A DNA stretch of 64,000 nucleotides, taken from assembly GCA_030765505.1 (NCBI GenBank), contig JAVCCL010000026.1, positions 34,679 through 98,678 on the forward strand. Reading direction: 5' to 3'. The stretch is from Candidatus Kaelpia imicola. GTDB taxonomy: Bacteria > Omnitrophota > Gorgyraeia > Kaelpiales > Kaelpiaceae. Position 1 is the first letter of the stretch, and each line of letters opens with the position of its first letter. The translations under genes and the position numbers were made by a program. This document shows positions 29,178 through 38,973 of this stretch, in pieces. Under the pieces are notes generated by a model, which was given only the letters and a program-made list of their open reading frames with translations, was not told where the DNA came from and did no database searches.

Positions 29178-30220
29178 TGAGACTCTCTTTAAAGCTATTA
29201 ATTGCGCTATCTGTTACAATCTCTCTTTTCTATTTTTTACCTCGGGACTATATCAGGAAGACAGAGAGAATCGAATCCTACTTAAAGAACTACTTAGGTT
29301 GTTTCGGTATTGACAGTTATGCATTAAAAAAAGAGTCTAGAGAGATTTATAAAAAATCCGGCTCCAAATATCTAATAGTAGAGAGAGAGTACGAAGTGCC
29401 TCCTGATTTCCCTTTCTATGCATTTCGGGAAGAGCTCAAGAGCATATTGGAAAAAGAAGGTTTTTTTATAGAAAGAGATAGAACGTATAGTGAAGCAGGG
29501 TATAGAATAATTTTTAAAAAACTACCGCTGTATATCATCAGATTGGTTAAGAAAGATAGAGGCTATCTGGCTATAGTTCTTGATGACTTTGGATATGACA
29601 ACAAGACTCTCCACTACTTAAAAGAGATAGCAATACCTTTAAACATATCGATACTTCCCAGTCTGAAATATTCAAAGAGTGTAAGCCTCACAGCCAGCAA
29701 AAACGGCCATGAAGTACTTCTCCACCTGCCGATGGAACCAGTTAAAAGTAAAAAGATAGAGAGACACCTTGAGAAAAGTACGATTAAAAGCACGACCCCG
29801 GATGAAAAGATAATAGAGGAGCTGCACGGTTTTCTGAATGAACTAAGAGATGTTAAAGGGGTAAATAACCACATGGGTTCATCTCTATGTAGAGACAGAG
29901 GGAAGATGACTGTTATTTTAAAGATTCTCAAAGAGCGGGATCTCTACTTTTTGGATAGCCGTGTGGTGTCAGACTCTAAAGGTCCGGAGGTAGCAGAAAA
30001 ACTGAATTTAAAATGTTTTCAAAGAGATGTTTTTATAGACAATATTGAAAACAGCGAATATATTGAAAAACAGATCAGAGAGGCGATACGTCTGGCAAAA
30101 CGGAAAGGTTTTGCAATAGCAATAGGCCATGACAGAGAGAGAACACTTAAGACCATATTAAGCATGTTAACCGAGATAAAAGAGGATACCTACCCGATTA
30201 AGTTATCGGAGTTAAGATGA
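29177..30220 (+). CDS. Divergent polysaccharide deacetylase family protein (YibQ-like)
   Basis: 'AIVLDDFG', 'LLHLPMEP', 'GVNNHMGS', 'FLDSR', 'RDVFID', 'AIAIGH'. Confidence 0.92.
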   Translation: MRLSLKLLIALSVTISLFYFLPRDYIRKTERIESYLKNYLGCFGIDSYALKKESREIYKKSGSKYLIVEREYEVPPDFPFYAFREELKSILEKEGFFIERDRTYSEAGYRIIFKKLPLYIIRLVKKDRGYLAIVLDDFGYDNKTLHYLKEIAIPLNISILPSLKYSKSVSLTASKNGHEVLLHLPMEPVKSKKIERHLEKSTIKSTTPDEKIIEELHGFLNELRDVKGVNNHMGSSLCRDRGKMTVILKILKERDLYFLDSRVVSDSKGPEVAEKLNLKCFQRDVFIDNIENSEYIEKQIREAIRLAKRKGFAIAIGHDRERTLKTILSMLTEIKEDTYPIKLSELR

Positions 30221-31215
30221 GAATACTGGGAATAGAGACCTCATGCGATGAGACTTCAATAGCCATTGTCAAAGACGGCAGTATTGTAGAATCAAATATT
30301 GTAGCTTCCAGCATAGAACTGCATAAAAAATATGGGGGAATAGTACCTGAGATAGCAACACGTCACCACGTAGAGGTAATACTTCCTGTCTTAAAAGAGG
30401 CGCTCTCTGAATCAGGGATAGAGTTATCCAAAATAGACGTTCTGGCCGTTACACAAGGGCCGGGATTAATAGGCTCGCTTATGGTGGGTATCACATTTGC
30501 AAAATCTATCGCCTATGCTCTGGGGCTACCGCTAATACCGGTAGACCATATTTTAGCCCATCTATATTCACCCTACCTAAATCAAGCAGGCATAGAGTTT
30601 CCTTACTTAGGTCTTGCTGTTTCAGGCGGCCATACAAGCCTATTTGTAGTTAATGGTTTTTGCGATTTTAGACTAATCGGAAAGACTAGAGACGATGCCT
30701 TGGGTGAATCCTTTGATAAGGTTGCTAAGATGCTTGGGCTCGGTTTCCCCGGAGGCCCAGAGGTAGAGAGAAGGGCAGAGAGGGCAAAAAAAAGAGATAC
30801 TATCTTTACCCCGCCGAAAATAAGAGATGGTTACGACTTAAGCTATAGCGGTCTTAAGACCGCAGTGCTCTACCATCTAAAGAGACAGGAGAGACTTGAA
30901 GATTCTGATATTGATGAAGTATGTTATGGATTTCAGAAAGCAGCTTTAGAATCCCTGCTTTTCAAGGTAGAGCAGGCTTTGGCTGATTTTAAACTCAAGA
31001 GGGTTCTTGCCGGCGGAGGGGTCACAGCTAATAGCAGACTAAGAGAGTTACTGAAAAAATTAGAGGCAGATGTATATCTGGCTGATAAAAAATATTCATC
31101 AGACAATGCAGGAATGGTTGCAGGTCTTGCCTATCGACTGTATAATAAAGACAGAGAGATAGGCTTTGATTTAAATTTTGAACCTTATTCGATATTTGGA
31201 GAGAGATGGACTTAG
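30217..31215 (+). CDS. tsaD: tRNA N6-adenosine threonylcarbamoyltransferase
   Basis: 'LGIETSCDET', 'GGIVPEIA.R.H', 'GPGL', 'H..AH', 'SGGHT', 'DNAGMVA'. Confidence 0.97.
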   Translation: MRILGIETSCDETSIAIVKDGSIVESNIVASSIELHKKYGGIVPEIATRHHVEVILPVLKEALSESGIELSKIDVLAVTQGPGLIGSLMVGITFAKSIAYALGLPLIPVDHILAHLYSPYLNQAGIEFPYLGLAVSGGHTSLFVVNGFCDFRLIGKTRDDALGESFDKVAKMLGLGFPGGPEVERRAERAKKRDTIFTPPKIRDGYDLSYSGLKTAVLYHLKRQERLEDSDIDEVCYGFQKAALESLLFKVEQALADFKLKRVLAGGGVTANSRLRELLKKLEADVYLADKKYSSDNAGMVAGLAYRLYNKDREIGFDLNFEPYSIFGERWT

Positions 31216-31859
31216 CCGATATTTTTAAAATCTTGCTGGCATTGATACTCTCAGGGTTGATTGGTCTTGAGAGAGAACGGCACGGAAGAGCTGCTGGTTT
31301 CAGAACCCATATGCTGGTTGGAATAGGCTCTGCTCTGATGATGATCACATCAATAAATATGCACAGACTCTACGGTGCTCCTGCAGACCCATCCAGGATA
31401 GCAGCACAGGTTATAAGCGGAATAGGTTTTCTGGGGGCAGGAACAATAATACGTTTTAAAGCCTCAATACGCGGTTTAACTACGGCAGCATCTCTCTGGG
31501 CTGTTGCCGGAATAGGGCTTGCAGTAGGTTCCGGCGGATACAGCTCAGCAATAGTAACAACTGCGATAATTCTAGGAGTTCTTTTTCTACTGCCTGACTT
31601 TGAAAGAAATATTTTAAGAAGCCCCACTTTTAAAACTCTACAGATAGAAGGTTCAAAAGACTTAAAAATACTTCAGGAGGTTAGACTGATACTGGCTGAA
31701 TACAAGAGTGAGATAAAAGATTTCAGCATCAAGACTCTATCTGATCAGGAAGATAGCTGCTTGATAGAGCTTAACCTAAAGATGCTGGATAGATATGCTG
31801 AAGATATTAAAAACGATCTCATTAGGATAGCGGGTATAAAATCAATAAATTGGATCTAA
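31206..31859 (+). CDS. MgtC/SapB family protein with ACT-like C-terminus
   Basis: 'IGLERE...AGFRTH', 'DPSRIAAQVISGIGFLGAG', 'GLTTAASLW'. Confidence 0.93.
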   Translation: MDLADIFKILLALILSGLIGLERERHGRAAGFRTHMLVGIGSALMMITSINMHRLYGAPADPSRIAAQVISGIGFLGAGTIIRFKASIRGLTTAASLWAVAGIGLAVGSGGYSSAIVTTAIILGVLFLLPDFERNILRSPTFKTLQIEGSKDLKILQEVRLILAEYKSEIKDFSIKTLSDQEDSCLIELNLKMLDRYAEDIKNDLIRIAGIKSINWI

Positions 31860-31871
31860 AGGAGGTGTAAT

Positions 31872-32381
31872 GTGGCTGTCAAAAAGAGAAGCAATGAGAA
31901 AATTTTAGAAATCAACGCTACGATGCAGGGTGAACTCACTTTTAAAGACCCTGTAAACCTTACCATAAACGGAAATTTCCAAGGTAAGCTTAATACGAAG
32001 GGTGCGCTTTTAGTAGGAAAAGATGCCTATGTAGGCGCAGAGATAATCGGCGAGGATATTACGATTGCAGGTAAGATAGACGGGAATATAGTTGCCCAGA
32101 AAAGATTGACTCTAATACCGCCTGCCAATGTTAAAGGTGAAATTAAGACCCCTATCTTAATCGTAGAGGAGGGAGCGACATTAAACGGTGAGTGCATTAT
32201 GAAGTCTGAGATAACAAAATTTTTGACGCTTGAAGAGATGGCAACCTATCTTAAGATTGACAGAGAGACTCTTCTTAATTGGGTAGAAGATAATAAAATA
32301 CCTGTCATGAGAGAAGGCTCTAAATACCTCTTTGACAGAAAAGAGGTTGAGAACTGGCTTTCAAAAGAGAAGGTTTCTTAA
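31872..32381 (+). CDS. Bactofilin (polymer-forming cytoskeletal) domain fused to an excisionase-type HTH
   Basis: GTG start after GGAGG. Beta-helix 'LTINGNFQGKL..GALLVG..A.V.AEI.GEDITIAGKIDGNI...VEEGATLNGECIM'. C-terminal 'FLTLEEMATYLKID..TL..WV...KIP.......LF.RKEVENWL'. Confidence 0.88.
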   Translation: MAVKKRSNEKILEINATMQGELTFKDPVNLTINGNFQGKLNTKGALLVGKDAYVGAEIIGEDITIAGKIDGNIVAQKRLTLIPPANVKGEIKTPILIVEEGATLNGECIMKSEITKFLTLEEMATYLKIDRETLLNWVEDNKIPVMREGSKYLFDRKEVENWLSKEKVS

Positions 32382-32392
32382 CTTGAAAAACA

Positions 32393-32746
32393 ATGGATAA
32401 GCTTTTAACTCTTAGCGAGTCAGCCGCATTTCTCGGAGTTAGAGACGAAGTATTTCAGGATCTGATAGATCAGTATAAGATCCCGCACTATAAGATTGCC
32501 GGTAAGTTTATCCGCTTCTCACAACAAGAGCTTGAAAAGTACAGAGATACAGTTAAAAAGGGCGGAGGAGATAAAGATAGCAATAAGAGGAATGCGGCAG
32601 AGATAGAGAAGATAAGAGAGATTGAATATAAGAGAGAGAGCCTCTCTCCTGCTGTAAAAATCTCAGAGTTTCTTAAATTCAATGATTTCTATATATTGAG
32701 TCTAATAATAATCATAATGCTGCTGTTCTATATAATAAAATTCTAA
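32393..32746 (+). CDS. Excisionase-type HTH protein with C-terminal TM helix
   Basis: 'LLTLSESAAFLGV....IPHYKIAGKFIRFSQQEL'. Hydrophobic tail FYILSLIIIIMLLFYII. Confidence 0.82.
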   Translation: MDKLLTLSESAAFLGVRDEVFQDLIDQYKIPHYKIAGKFIRFSQQELEKYRDTVKKGGGDKDSNKRNAAEIEKIREIEYKRESLSPAVKISEFLKFNDFYILSLIIIIMLLFYIIKF

Positions 32747-32783
32747 CTATGCTAAAAGCAGAAGTTTATGGTATAATTAAAAA

Positions 32784-34448
32784 ATGAAAAGGTTGAGAAT
32801 AAAAGTTGTTATTTTTATTATTTTATTCTCTGGTTTACTCCTTTCAAAGATTTTTCTTGCAGAAGCAGAAGAGGTCTATCCAGAGTGGAAAATAAAGCTT
32901 GCCTATACTTTAAGTGCAAAAGGCAGTGATATTAAAATCCATGACCCGGAGTTAGCTAAAGAGTATTATGCCCGTGCAAAGAGGTTGTACCCCTTGGCAG
33001 TATCAGGGAAAGAGGAGATGAAAGTTGTAAAGAGTATAAAGTTAGAGAAGATCGCAGCAGTAGAAGTAAAAGAGAAGGTTGAGGTTAAGCAGAAATCTGG
33101 GAAAACAGAAGAGAAAAGCAGTAGACCTGAACTGTTGGCAAGAGAGGAGAAGAGGCCGTTAATAGAGGTTACAAAGAGAGAAGAAAAGTCTCTGCCTAAA
33201 ATAACTAAACCTACAGAGAAAAAATATAAAACTGAAGAATACAGCGATTATCCAGAGAGTGCAATAATAGCAGAATTTAAAAGCGTAGATGCGCGTAAGG
33301 TCTATGGGGCTGAAAAATTAGGTCCGACAGTGAATACGCTGCTTGACCCTTACTACATGAAGCATAAGAACTTCAGGATTCCTTACTATAAAGACCGCGA
33401 AGGATTAAAGATCCATCCCTGGATAGGCGTAAGAGGCGAATATAAATACGATGAGCAGAGAGTAGGGATAGAGAGCTTAATGATGGAGGCTCAGGAGTTT
33501 AATCAGAGAAGAAATGACCAGATACGGGACTACATATCAATCAACAAGAAAGAGTACTACAGGGAAGAGGTAATCTTACATATCAGAGAATGGCTTCCAA
33601 AGTTTACTTTTATAAACCATGAGGAGATTGTAAAGAGAACATGGGAAGCCAAAAAAATATGGTCTTCAAACAATAATACCTATTACGATAATCGCAACAA
33701 AAGGTATTACCAGCTTGAATATACCATTCCACGTCTTAAAAGAATAGGCTATCTAAAGTTAAAGCTGCGCTATGGTGATGAGCTATCTTACAGAACAAAC
33801 GACCCTGCTGCATACCTGCCTTACGAGTCTCATCTGGTGGGATTTGAGACTTCTCCTCATATCTCACGTCTTGGCAGATTGAAGATAAAGTTTGAGTATG
33901 AATATTGGAATGGGGAATACAAACAGGCTCAGAATCAAGGCTGGTCTGAGAGGGATGCCTGGGGGAGAGACTACTTACTAGAGTTTGAACTCTATAACCA
34001 GAAAAAATTCTTAAGGATTACCCCGCATTTTAACTGGAAGAAGGAGCAGCACTCTCCAAGCCATGACACCTGGTGGACAAAGAAGACAGGTTTAAAGCTG
34101 CAGAAAAATATAAATGGAAAGCTAAGTTATACAACAGACTGGACATATATTGATTATACCAGGACAAAGAGTCCGGAGACCTCATCTGCGCAGACTATAT
34201 CTACCTCCTGCTGGACTTGGGAAAACGAAATGGAGATCGAACTATTGCGGGACCTTAAACTTATAGTCGGACTTGACTATGGAAACGGACTGGGCTTTAG
34301 CGGATTCGACAATATAACCGGCAGAGGTGAGCTGATGCTTAGAAAACCGGGATTAATAGATCTACGTTTCGGCTATAGATATACAGATTATATTAACGTT
34401 AATGATAATGTAGATACGGTCTACTTTAAATTAGGGTTATTCATATGA
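32784..34448 (+). CDS. Putative outer-membrane beta-barrel protein with periplasmic N-terminal region
   Basis: Signal peptide and a K/E-rich linker, then alternating aromatic/hydrophobic strands ending 'VYFKLGLFI'. Confidence 0.6.
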   Translation: MKRLRIKVVIFIILFSGLLLSKIFLAEAEEVYPEWKIKLAYTLSAKGSDIKIHDPELAKEYYARAKRLYPLAVSGKEEMKVVKSIKLEKIAAVEVKEKVEVKQKSGKTEEKSSRPELLAREEKRPLIEVTKREEKSLPKITKPTEKKYKTEEYSDYPESAIIAEFKSVDARKVYGAEKLGPTVNTLLDPYYMKHKNFRIPYYKDREGLKIHPWIGVRGEYKYDEQRVGIESLMMEAQEFNQRRNDQIRDYISINKKEYYREEVILHIREWLPKFTFINHEEIVKRTWEAKKIWSSNNNTYYDNRNKRYYQLEYTIPRLKRIGYLKLKLRYGDELSYRTNDPAAYLPYESHLVGFETSPHISRLGRLKIKFEYEYWNGEYKQAQNQGWSERDAWGRDYLLEFELYNQKKFLRITPHFNWKKEQHSPSHDTWWTKKTGLKLQKNINGKLSYTTDWTYIDYTRTKSPETSSAQTISTSCWTWENEMEIELLRDLKLIVGLDYGNGLGFSGFDNITGRGELMLRKPGLIDLRFGYRYTDYINVNDNVDTVYFKLGLFI

Positions 34449-35026
34449 AGAGAATACTGCAATTATTAATTTTAATACTGATGCTTAGGCAGCCTCAGCT
34501 ATTCTGTGAATATTTAAAGATTGCTGATTTTGACAGAGGCGAAAAACCCAACCTTATCAGCGGTGATTATGGTTCCTGGAATAGGACAGAGCGGGACAGA
34601 ACGCAGTTCTGCAATGAGGATCTTACCACTGACCCCCAAATAGTTTACGGCGGACGAGGCTGTAGTCTCTCTCTCTATTACGATGTTGATTCGCCCAACC
34701 CTCCGGTATATAACGGATTCTGGATGCGTCTTGAGAGAATAGATTTAACGGTTTGGAAATACCTCTCTTTTTATGTAAAAGGTGATGAAGAGCATGGCTA
34801 CACTTCAGCCTTTGAAGTCCAAATTAAAAATATTCAAGGGAAGCTTGCATCCTTTAATATTGAGGGTGTAACATCCAAGTGGCAGCAGATAATAATACCG
34901 TTGAATAAGATGAACGAGGAGGCTGATTTCTCAGAGGCTTACGAGATGGTTATAGTGTTTGACGAGAGAGACGCAACCCGAAAAGAGGGAAGAATATTCC
35001 TGGACGAATTTTGCCTTTACAGATAA
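34445..35026 (+). CDS. Exported carbohydrate-binding-like (CBM11/galactose-binding fold) protein
   Basis: 'IADFD', 'SLSLYYDV', 'YNGFWMRL..DLT.W..LSFYVKG', 'KWQQIIIPL', 'GRIFLDE'. Confidence 0.65.
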   Translation: MKRILQLLILILMLRQPQLFCEYLKIADFDRGEKPNLISGDYGSWNRTERDRTQFCNEDLTTDPQIVYGGRGCSLSLYYDVDSPNPPVYNGFWMRLERIDLTVWKYLSFYVKGDEEHGYTSAFEVQIKNIQGKLASFNIEGVTSKWQQIIIPLNKMNEEADFSEAYEMVIVFDERDATRKEGRIFLDEFCLYR

Positions 35027-35063
35027 AGTTTAAAATGCTAACCTACTTAAAAATGAAGAAGTT

Positions 35064-35534
35064 ATGAAGCCTTTATTAGTCTCTATAATCCTATTAACTG
35101 TTCTATTTAATTTCGGGTGTGGAAAAAACTACAGAACAGAAACAATAATCAGAGAGGAGGCTTTCAACTATCAAAAAATCGGAAGAGATGCTCAGAGCAA
35201 GAATGATTGGAATAAAGCCGTAAATTATTACAAAAAAGCAACCTACCTTGATCCTTACAATGCAAAGATATACAATGATATGGCTGTTATATACGAAAAA
35301 CAGAAACTATATGCTCTTGCTGAGGGTAGCTATAAAAAAGCAATAGAGGTAGATAAAGATTTCCTGGCTTCTTACTTTAATCTTGGGCGCTTATATGAGA
35401 AAATGGAGATGGTAGATGATGCACTTTTCTATTATAAGCAGAGAGTGAGATTGGCTCAAGAAGAAGATGACCCCTGGGTTTGGAAAGCAAAAAGTAGAAT
35501 AGGGTATTACGAATCTATAAATTCGGAGAAATAG
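35064..35534 (+). CDS. TPR-repeat lipoprotein
   Basis: Lipobox NFGC and TPR units 'A..YYKKA..LDP..A..YNDMA', 'YFNLGRLY'. Confidence 0.85.
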   Translation: MKPLLVSIILLTVLFNFGCGKNYRTETIIREEAFNYQKIGRDAQSKNDWNKAVNYYKKATYLDPYNAKIYNDMAVIYEKQKLYALAEGSYKKAIEVDKDFLASYFNLGRLYEKMEMVDDALFYYKQRVRLAQEEDDPWVWKAKSRIGYYESINSEK

Positions 35535-35537
35535 AGA

Positions 35538-36332
35538 ATGAGAATAATTAAGACCTGCCTGCTCTCTATGATAGCATTAATCTTGTTGAGCAACCTAAGC
35601 TTTGGCGGTGATGATTTTATAAAAGAGTCCAGAGTTTACAGAAAGAAAGGCTATGAAGCACAGCAGTCTGGAGATATAGAGATGGCTCTGGTATACTACA
35701 GAAAAGCCGCTGCGTTGGACCCATTCTATGCTATACCCCATAATGATACAGGAATAATATATGAGATGAAGGGCTACTTAAATAAGGCCCAGGAGGCATA
35801 TCTAAAAGCAATTCAGATAAATCCTGAATTTGCAGAAGCACATATGAATCTTGCTTTGTTATATGAGCGTATAAATGAGATAGATAAAGCCTTGCCGCAT
35901 TTTATCAAGAGGGTTGAGCTAGATAGTAAGAACAGTTCCTGGGCAAGGAGGGCTTGGCAGAAACTTTGGAAATATGCCCCAGAGCAAGCAAGAGAGGTAG
36001 AAGCCAGAGTATTGGCACGTGAAGTGGCAAACAGAATGCAGGAGCAGAAAGAGACAAAAAAAGTACTTGCAGCTAAACATTATCAAAAAGGTATCTACTA
36101 CCTTAAGAAAGATCTTTATGAGAATGCCTACAACGAACTGAAGCAGGCGGTAATACTATTTCCGGACAATGAAAGTTATCAGAAGAACTACAGGAAGGCA
36201 GAGAGAAAGCACATTGTAAACCGGATCAGTATCTACTGCAAAAACGGAAGCGACTATATTGAATCAGGCGATTATGTAAAAGCCAAGCAGGAGTTAGAGA
36301 AGATTATCGAGTTGGTTCCCAGGCAAAATTAA
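35538..36332 (+). CDS. TPR-repeat exported protein
   Basis: 'YYRKAAALDP', 'AYLKAIQINPEFAEAHMNLALLY'. Paralogous to the preceding ORF. Confidence 0.85.
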   Translation: MRIIKTCLLSMIALILLSNLSFGGDDFIKESRVYRKKGYEAQQSGDIEMALVYYRKAAALDPFYAIPHNDTGIIYEMKGYLNKAQEAYLKAIQINPEFAEAHMNLALLYERINEIDKALPHFIKRVELDSKNSSWARRAWQKLWKYAPEQAREVEARVLAREVANRMQEQKETKKVLAAKHYQKGIYYLKKDLYENAYNELKQAVILFPDNESYQKNYRKAERKHIVNRISIYCKNGSDYIESGDYVKAKQELEKIIELVPRQN

Positions 36333-36356
36333 TTCTGATCTCATCGTTGTTAAAAT

Positions 36357-38957
36357 ATGAATCCTAAAACAATCTACTTAATTGACGGCAGTAATTATAT
36401 TTATAGGGCTTATTATGCGTTGCCTATGCTATCAAATTCCAAAGGGCTTCCGACAAATGCTATCTACGGTTTCTTAAGCATGCTGAGAAAGATAATAAAA
36501 GAGAAAAGTCCTGATTATATTGCGGTTGCATTTGACCATAAAAAACCAAGCTTCAGAAAAGATATCTATAAAGACTATAAGGCAACAAGGAGACCTACGC
36601 CGGAGGACTTGATAAGGCAGTTTCCAGCGCTAAAAGATGTTCTTAGAGCTTATAGGATAACTCTTTTTGAGATAGAAGGGTACGAAGCAGACGACATATT
36701 GGTAACGCTGGCAAAAAAAGCCAAAAGAGAAGGGCTGAAGTCTTACATAGTAAGCTCTGATAAAGATGTTATTCAGGCAATAGATGATAGTATAGAGGTG
36801 TATGAGCCCAAGAAAGATATCTACCTCGACGTAGATACAGTCAAAAAAGTCTATTCTATAACACCGGATATGTTTGCAGACTTTCTGGCTCTAAGAGGTG
36901 ATAAGACAGATAATATTCCTGGTGTTCCGGGAATCGGTGAGATAGCAGCTCAAAAATTGATATCTCGGTACGGTTCAGTAGAAGAGTTGCTGAAAAAGAC
37001 AGAGAGCCTGCCTGAGAAAACAAAAGAGATCATAAGAGAAAACAGAGATCAGCTTCTGCTGAGCAAAAAGCTCACTCTTCTTAAAAGTGATCTCGATTTT
37101 AAAGTAGATTTTAAGGCTATGGAGAAGACTATGCCTTGTTATGAAGAGTTGATACCTCAGCTTGAAAAGTTAGAGTTTAACAATCTGACAAAAGAGCTTC
37201 TTCTATCAGTAGATCCCTTGCGGCTGCCTGAATATAAGGAGATTAAAGATAATAGAGGGTTGTCGGCCTTGATTAAGAGTATAGAGTCTGAGAGATGTTT
37301 TAGTTTCTATATGGCGAAGGGAGAGAAGGAGGAGGTGGCCTATCTTTTAATATCCACGGCAAAATCTATATCAGTCATACCTCAAAACTTAATCAAAGAA
37401 AACAGAGAGAGTTTAAACAGTGTTTTTTCTGATTCCAGGATTGAAAAAATATCTTACGGGATGAAAGAGCTGTCCAAACAACTTAAAGATTATAATATCT
37501 CACTCAGAAGCCCCGGATTTGATGTCAGGATAGTCTCTTATCTGCTTAATCCATCCTGGCAAAAATATGAGTTGTTTAAGATAGTATTGAACTATCTTAA
37601 GAATGCTACCAACCTCTCAGCTCTTTTAATAAATACCGAGCAGAAAGGATATGATATTCTCAAAAAAAACATAGCAATAGTATATACGCTTAGAGAGCTC
37701 TATTCTCACTTAAAGAAAAGAATAAAAGAACTTGGTCTTAATAAACTATATTATGAAATAGAAGAACCGTTGATATTCTTACTTTCAAAGATGGAAGAGA
37801 GGGGTATAAATATAGACAGAGAGTACTTGGAGAACCTGCTTGAGGATTATAACAAGAGGTTATCTTCAATCACCAATGATATCTATGAAATAGCAGGAGA
37901 GAGATTTAATCTCAACTCTCCCAAACAACTTCGGGAAATTCTATATGATAAGCTCAATTTAAAGCCGGTCAAAAAGGGAAAGACCGGACCTTCAACAGAT
38001 GAAGAGTCGCTGCAGAAACTTAAATATCTCCATCCAATAGCAGAGCATATCCTTAAATTTCGTGAGCTGAGCAAAATAAGAAGCACTTACATAGAAGGGT
38101 TGCTTAAAAATATATCCGATGACGGCAAAATACATACTTCATTCAATCAGGCTATCACGCAGACAGGGCGCTTAAGTTGTTCTAAACCAAACCTGCAAAA
38201 TATCCCAATACGTTCTGACCTAGGTAAACAGATACGAGCTGCATTTATACCGCTTAAAGGTTATCTCTTCATATCTGCAGACTATTCTCAAATTGAACTA
38301 AGAATACTTGCCCATCTCTCAGGGGACGAAAATCTGATAAGATGTTTTAAGGAGAATAAGGATATCCACAAGCAGACTGCCTCGTTGATATTTGAAGCAG
38401 CAGAGAAGAATGTCACACCTAAGATGCGCTCTATGGCCAAGACAGTAAATTTTGGTATCATATACGGAATCTCTCCTTATGGGCTTTCAAAACAACTAAA
38501 TGCCAGTATTGACGAAGCTTCTGATTTTATAGATGCCTATTTTAAGCTCTATCCCGGCGTTAGAAGGTATATTCAGCGTGAGATAAAAAAAGCTCGCAAA
38601 TCCAACTCTACAGAGACGCTATTTAAAAGAATACGTTATATACCGGAAATAAACTCGGATATTGTCAATATACGCGAATTTGGGGAGAGAGTAGCGATAA
38701 ATACCCCTATTCAGGGTAGTTCGGCCGATCTCATAAAGAAAGTTATGTTAAAGATCCAAGAAAAAATAGATGGAGAGAGAGTAGATGCCAGACTTCTTCT
38801 TCAGATACATGATGAATTACTCTATGAAGTCAGAGAAGAGGATTTAGAGAGAGCTTATAATATCATACAAGATAGCATGGAAAACATTCTCACTCTCGAT
38901 ATCCCGTTAAAAGTAAACATATCAACAGGCTCTACCTGGCTGGAGCTTAAAGGCTGA
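36357..38957 (+). CDS. polA: DNA polymerase I
   Basis: 5'-3' exonuclease 'LIDGS...RAYYA', 'YEADD'. Polymerase motifs 'ADYSQIELRILAH', 'AKTVNFGIIYG', 'LQIHDEL'. Confidence 0.98.
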   Translation: MNPKTIYLIDGSNYIYRAYYALPMLSNSKGLPTNAIYGFLSMLRKIIKEKSPDYIAVAFDHKKPSFRKDIYKDYKATRRPTPEDLIRQFPALKDVLRAYRITLFEIEGYEADDILVTLAKKAKREGLKSYIVSSDKDVIQAIDDSIEVYEPKKDIYLDVDTVKKVYSITPDMFADFLALRGDKTDNIPGVPGIGEIAAQKLISRYGSVEELLKKTESLPEKTKEIIRENRDQLLLSKKLTLLKSDLDFKVDFKAMEKTMPCYEELIPQLEKLEFNNLTKELLLSVDPLRLPEYKEIKDNRGLSALIKSIESERCFSFYMAKGEKEEVAYLLISTAKSISVIPQNLIKENRESLNSVFSDSRIEKISYGMKELSKQLKDYNISLRSPGFDVRIVSYLLNPSWQKYELFKIVLNYLKNATNLSALLINTEQKGYDILKKNIAIVYTLRELYSHLKKRIKELGLNKLYYEIEEPLIFLLSKMEERGINIDREYLENLLEDYNKRLSSITNDIYEIAGERFNLNSPKQLREILYDKLNLKPVKKGKTGPSTDEESLQKLKYLHPIAEHILKFRELSKIRSTYIEGLLKNISDDGKIHTSFNQAITQTGRLSCSKPNLQNIPIRSDLGKQIRAAFIPLKGYLFISADYSQIELRILAHLSGDENLIRCFKENKDIHKQTASLIFEAAEKNVTPKMRSMAKTVNFGIIYGISPYGLSKQLNASIDEASDFIDAYFKLYPGVRRYIQREIKKARKSNSTETLFKRIRYIPEINSDIVNIREFGERVAINTPIQGSSADLIKKVMLKIQEKIDGERVDARLLLQIHDELLYEVREEDLERAYNIIQDSMENILTLDIPLKVNISTGSTWLELKG

Positions 38958-38973
38958 ATCTGAAGGGAAAAAT

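Noticed and set aside
31872-32746. Prophage or ICE suggested by excisionase-like HTH domains (and the holin-like gene at 53946)
   Set aside because: No integrase, att-like repeats, structural or lysin genes. Both sit among housekeeping genes.
9991-35537. Amber (TAG) recoding or pyrrolysine, suggested by in-frame continuations after TAG at 9991, 23072 and 35532
   Set aside because: In-frame junctions are just as common after TAA (13929, 17661, 25012). The TAGs at 46342, 53092 and 54848 are followed by non-coding sequence. Conserved genes have no internal TAG and no pyl genes are visible.
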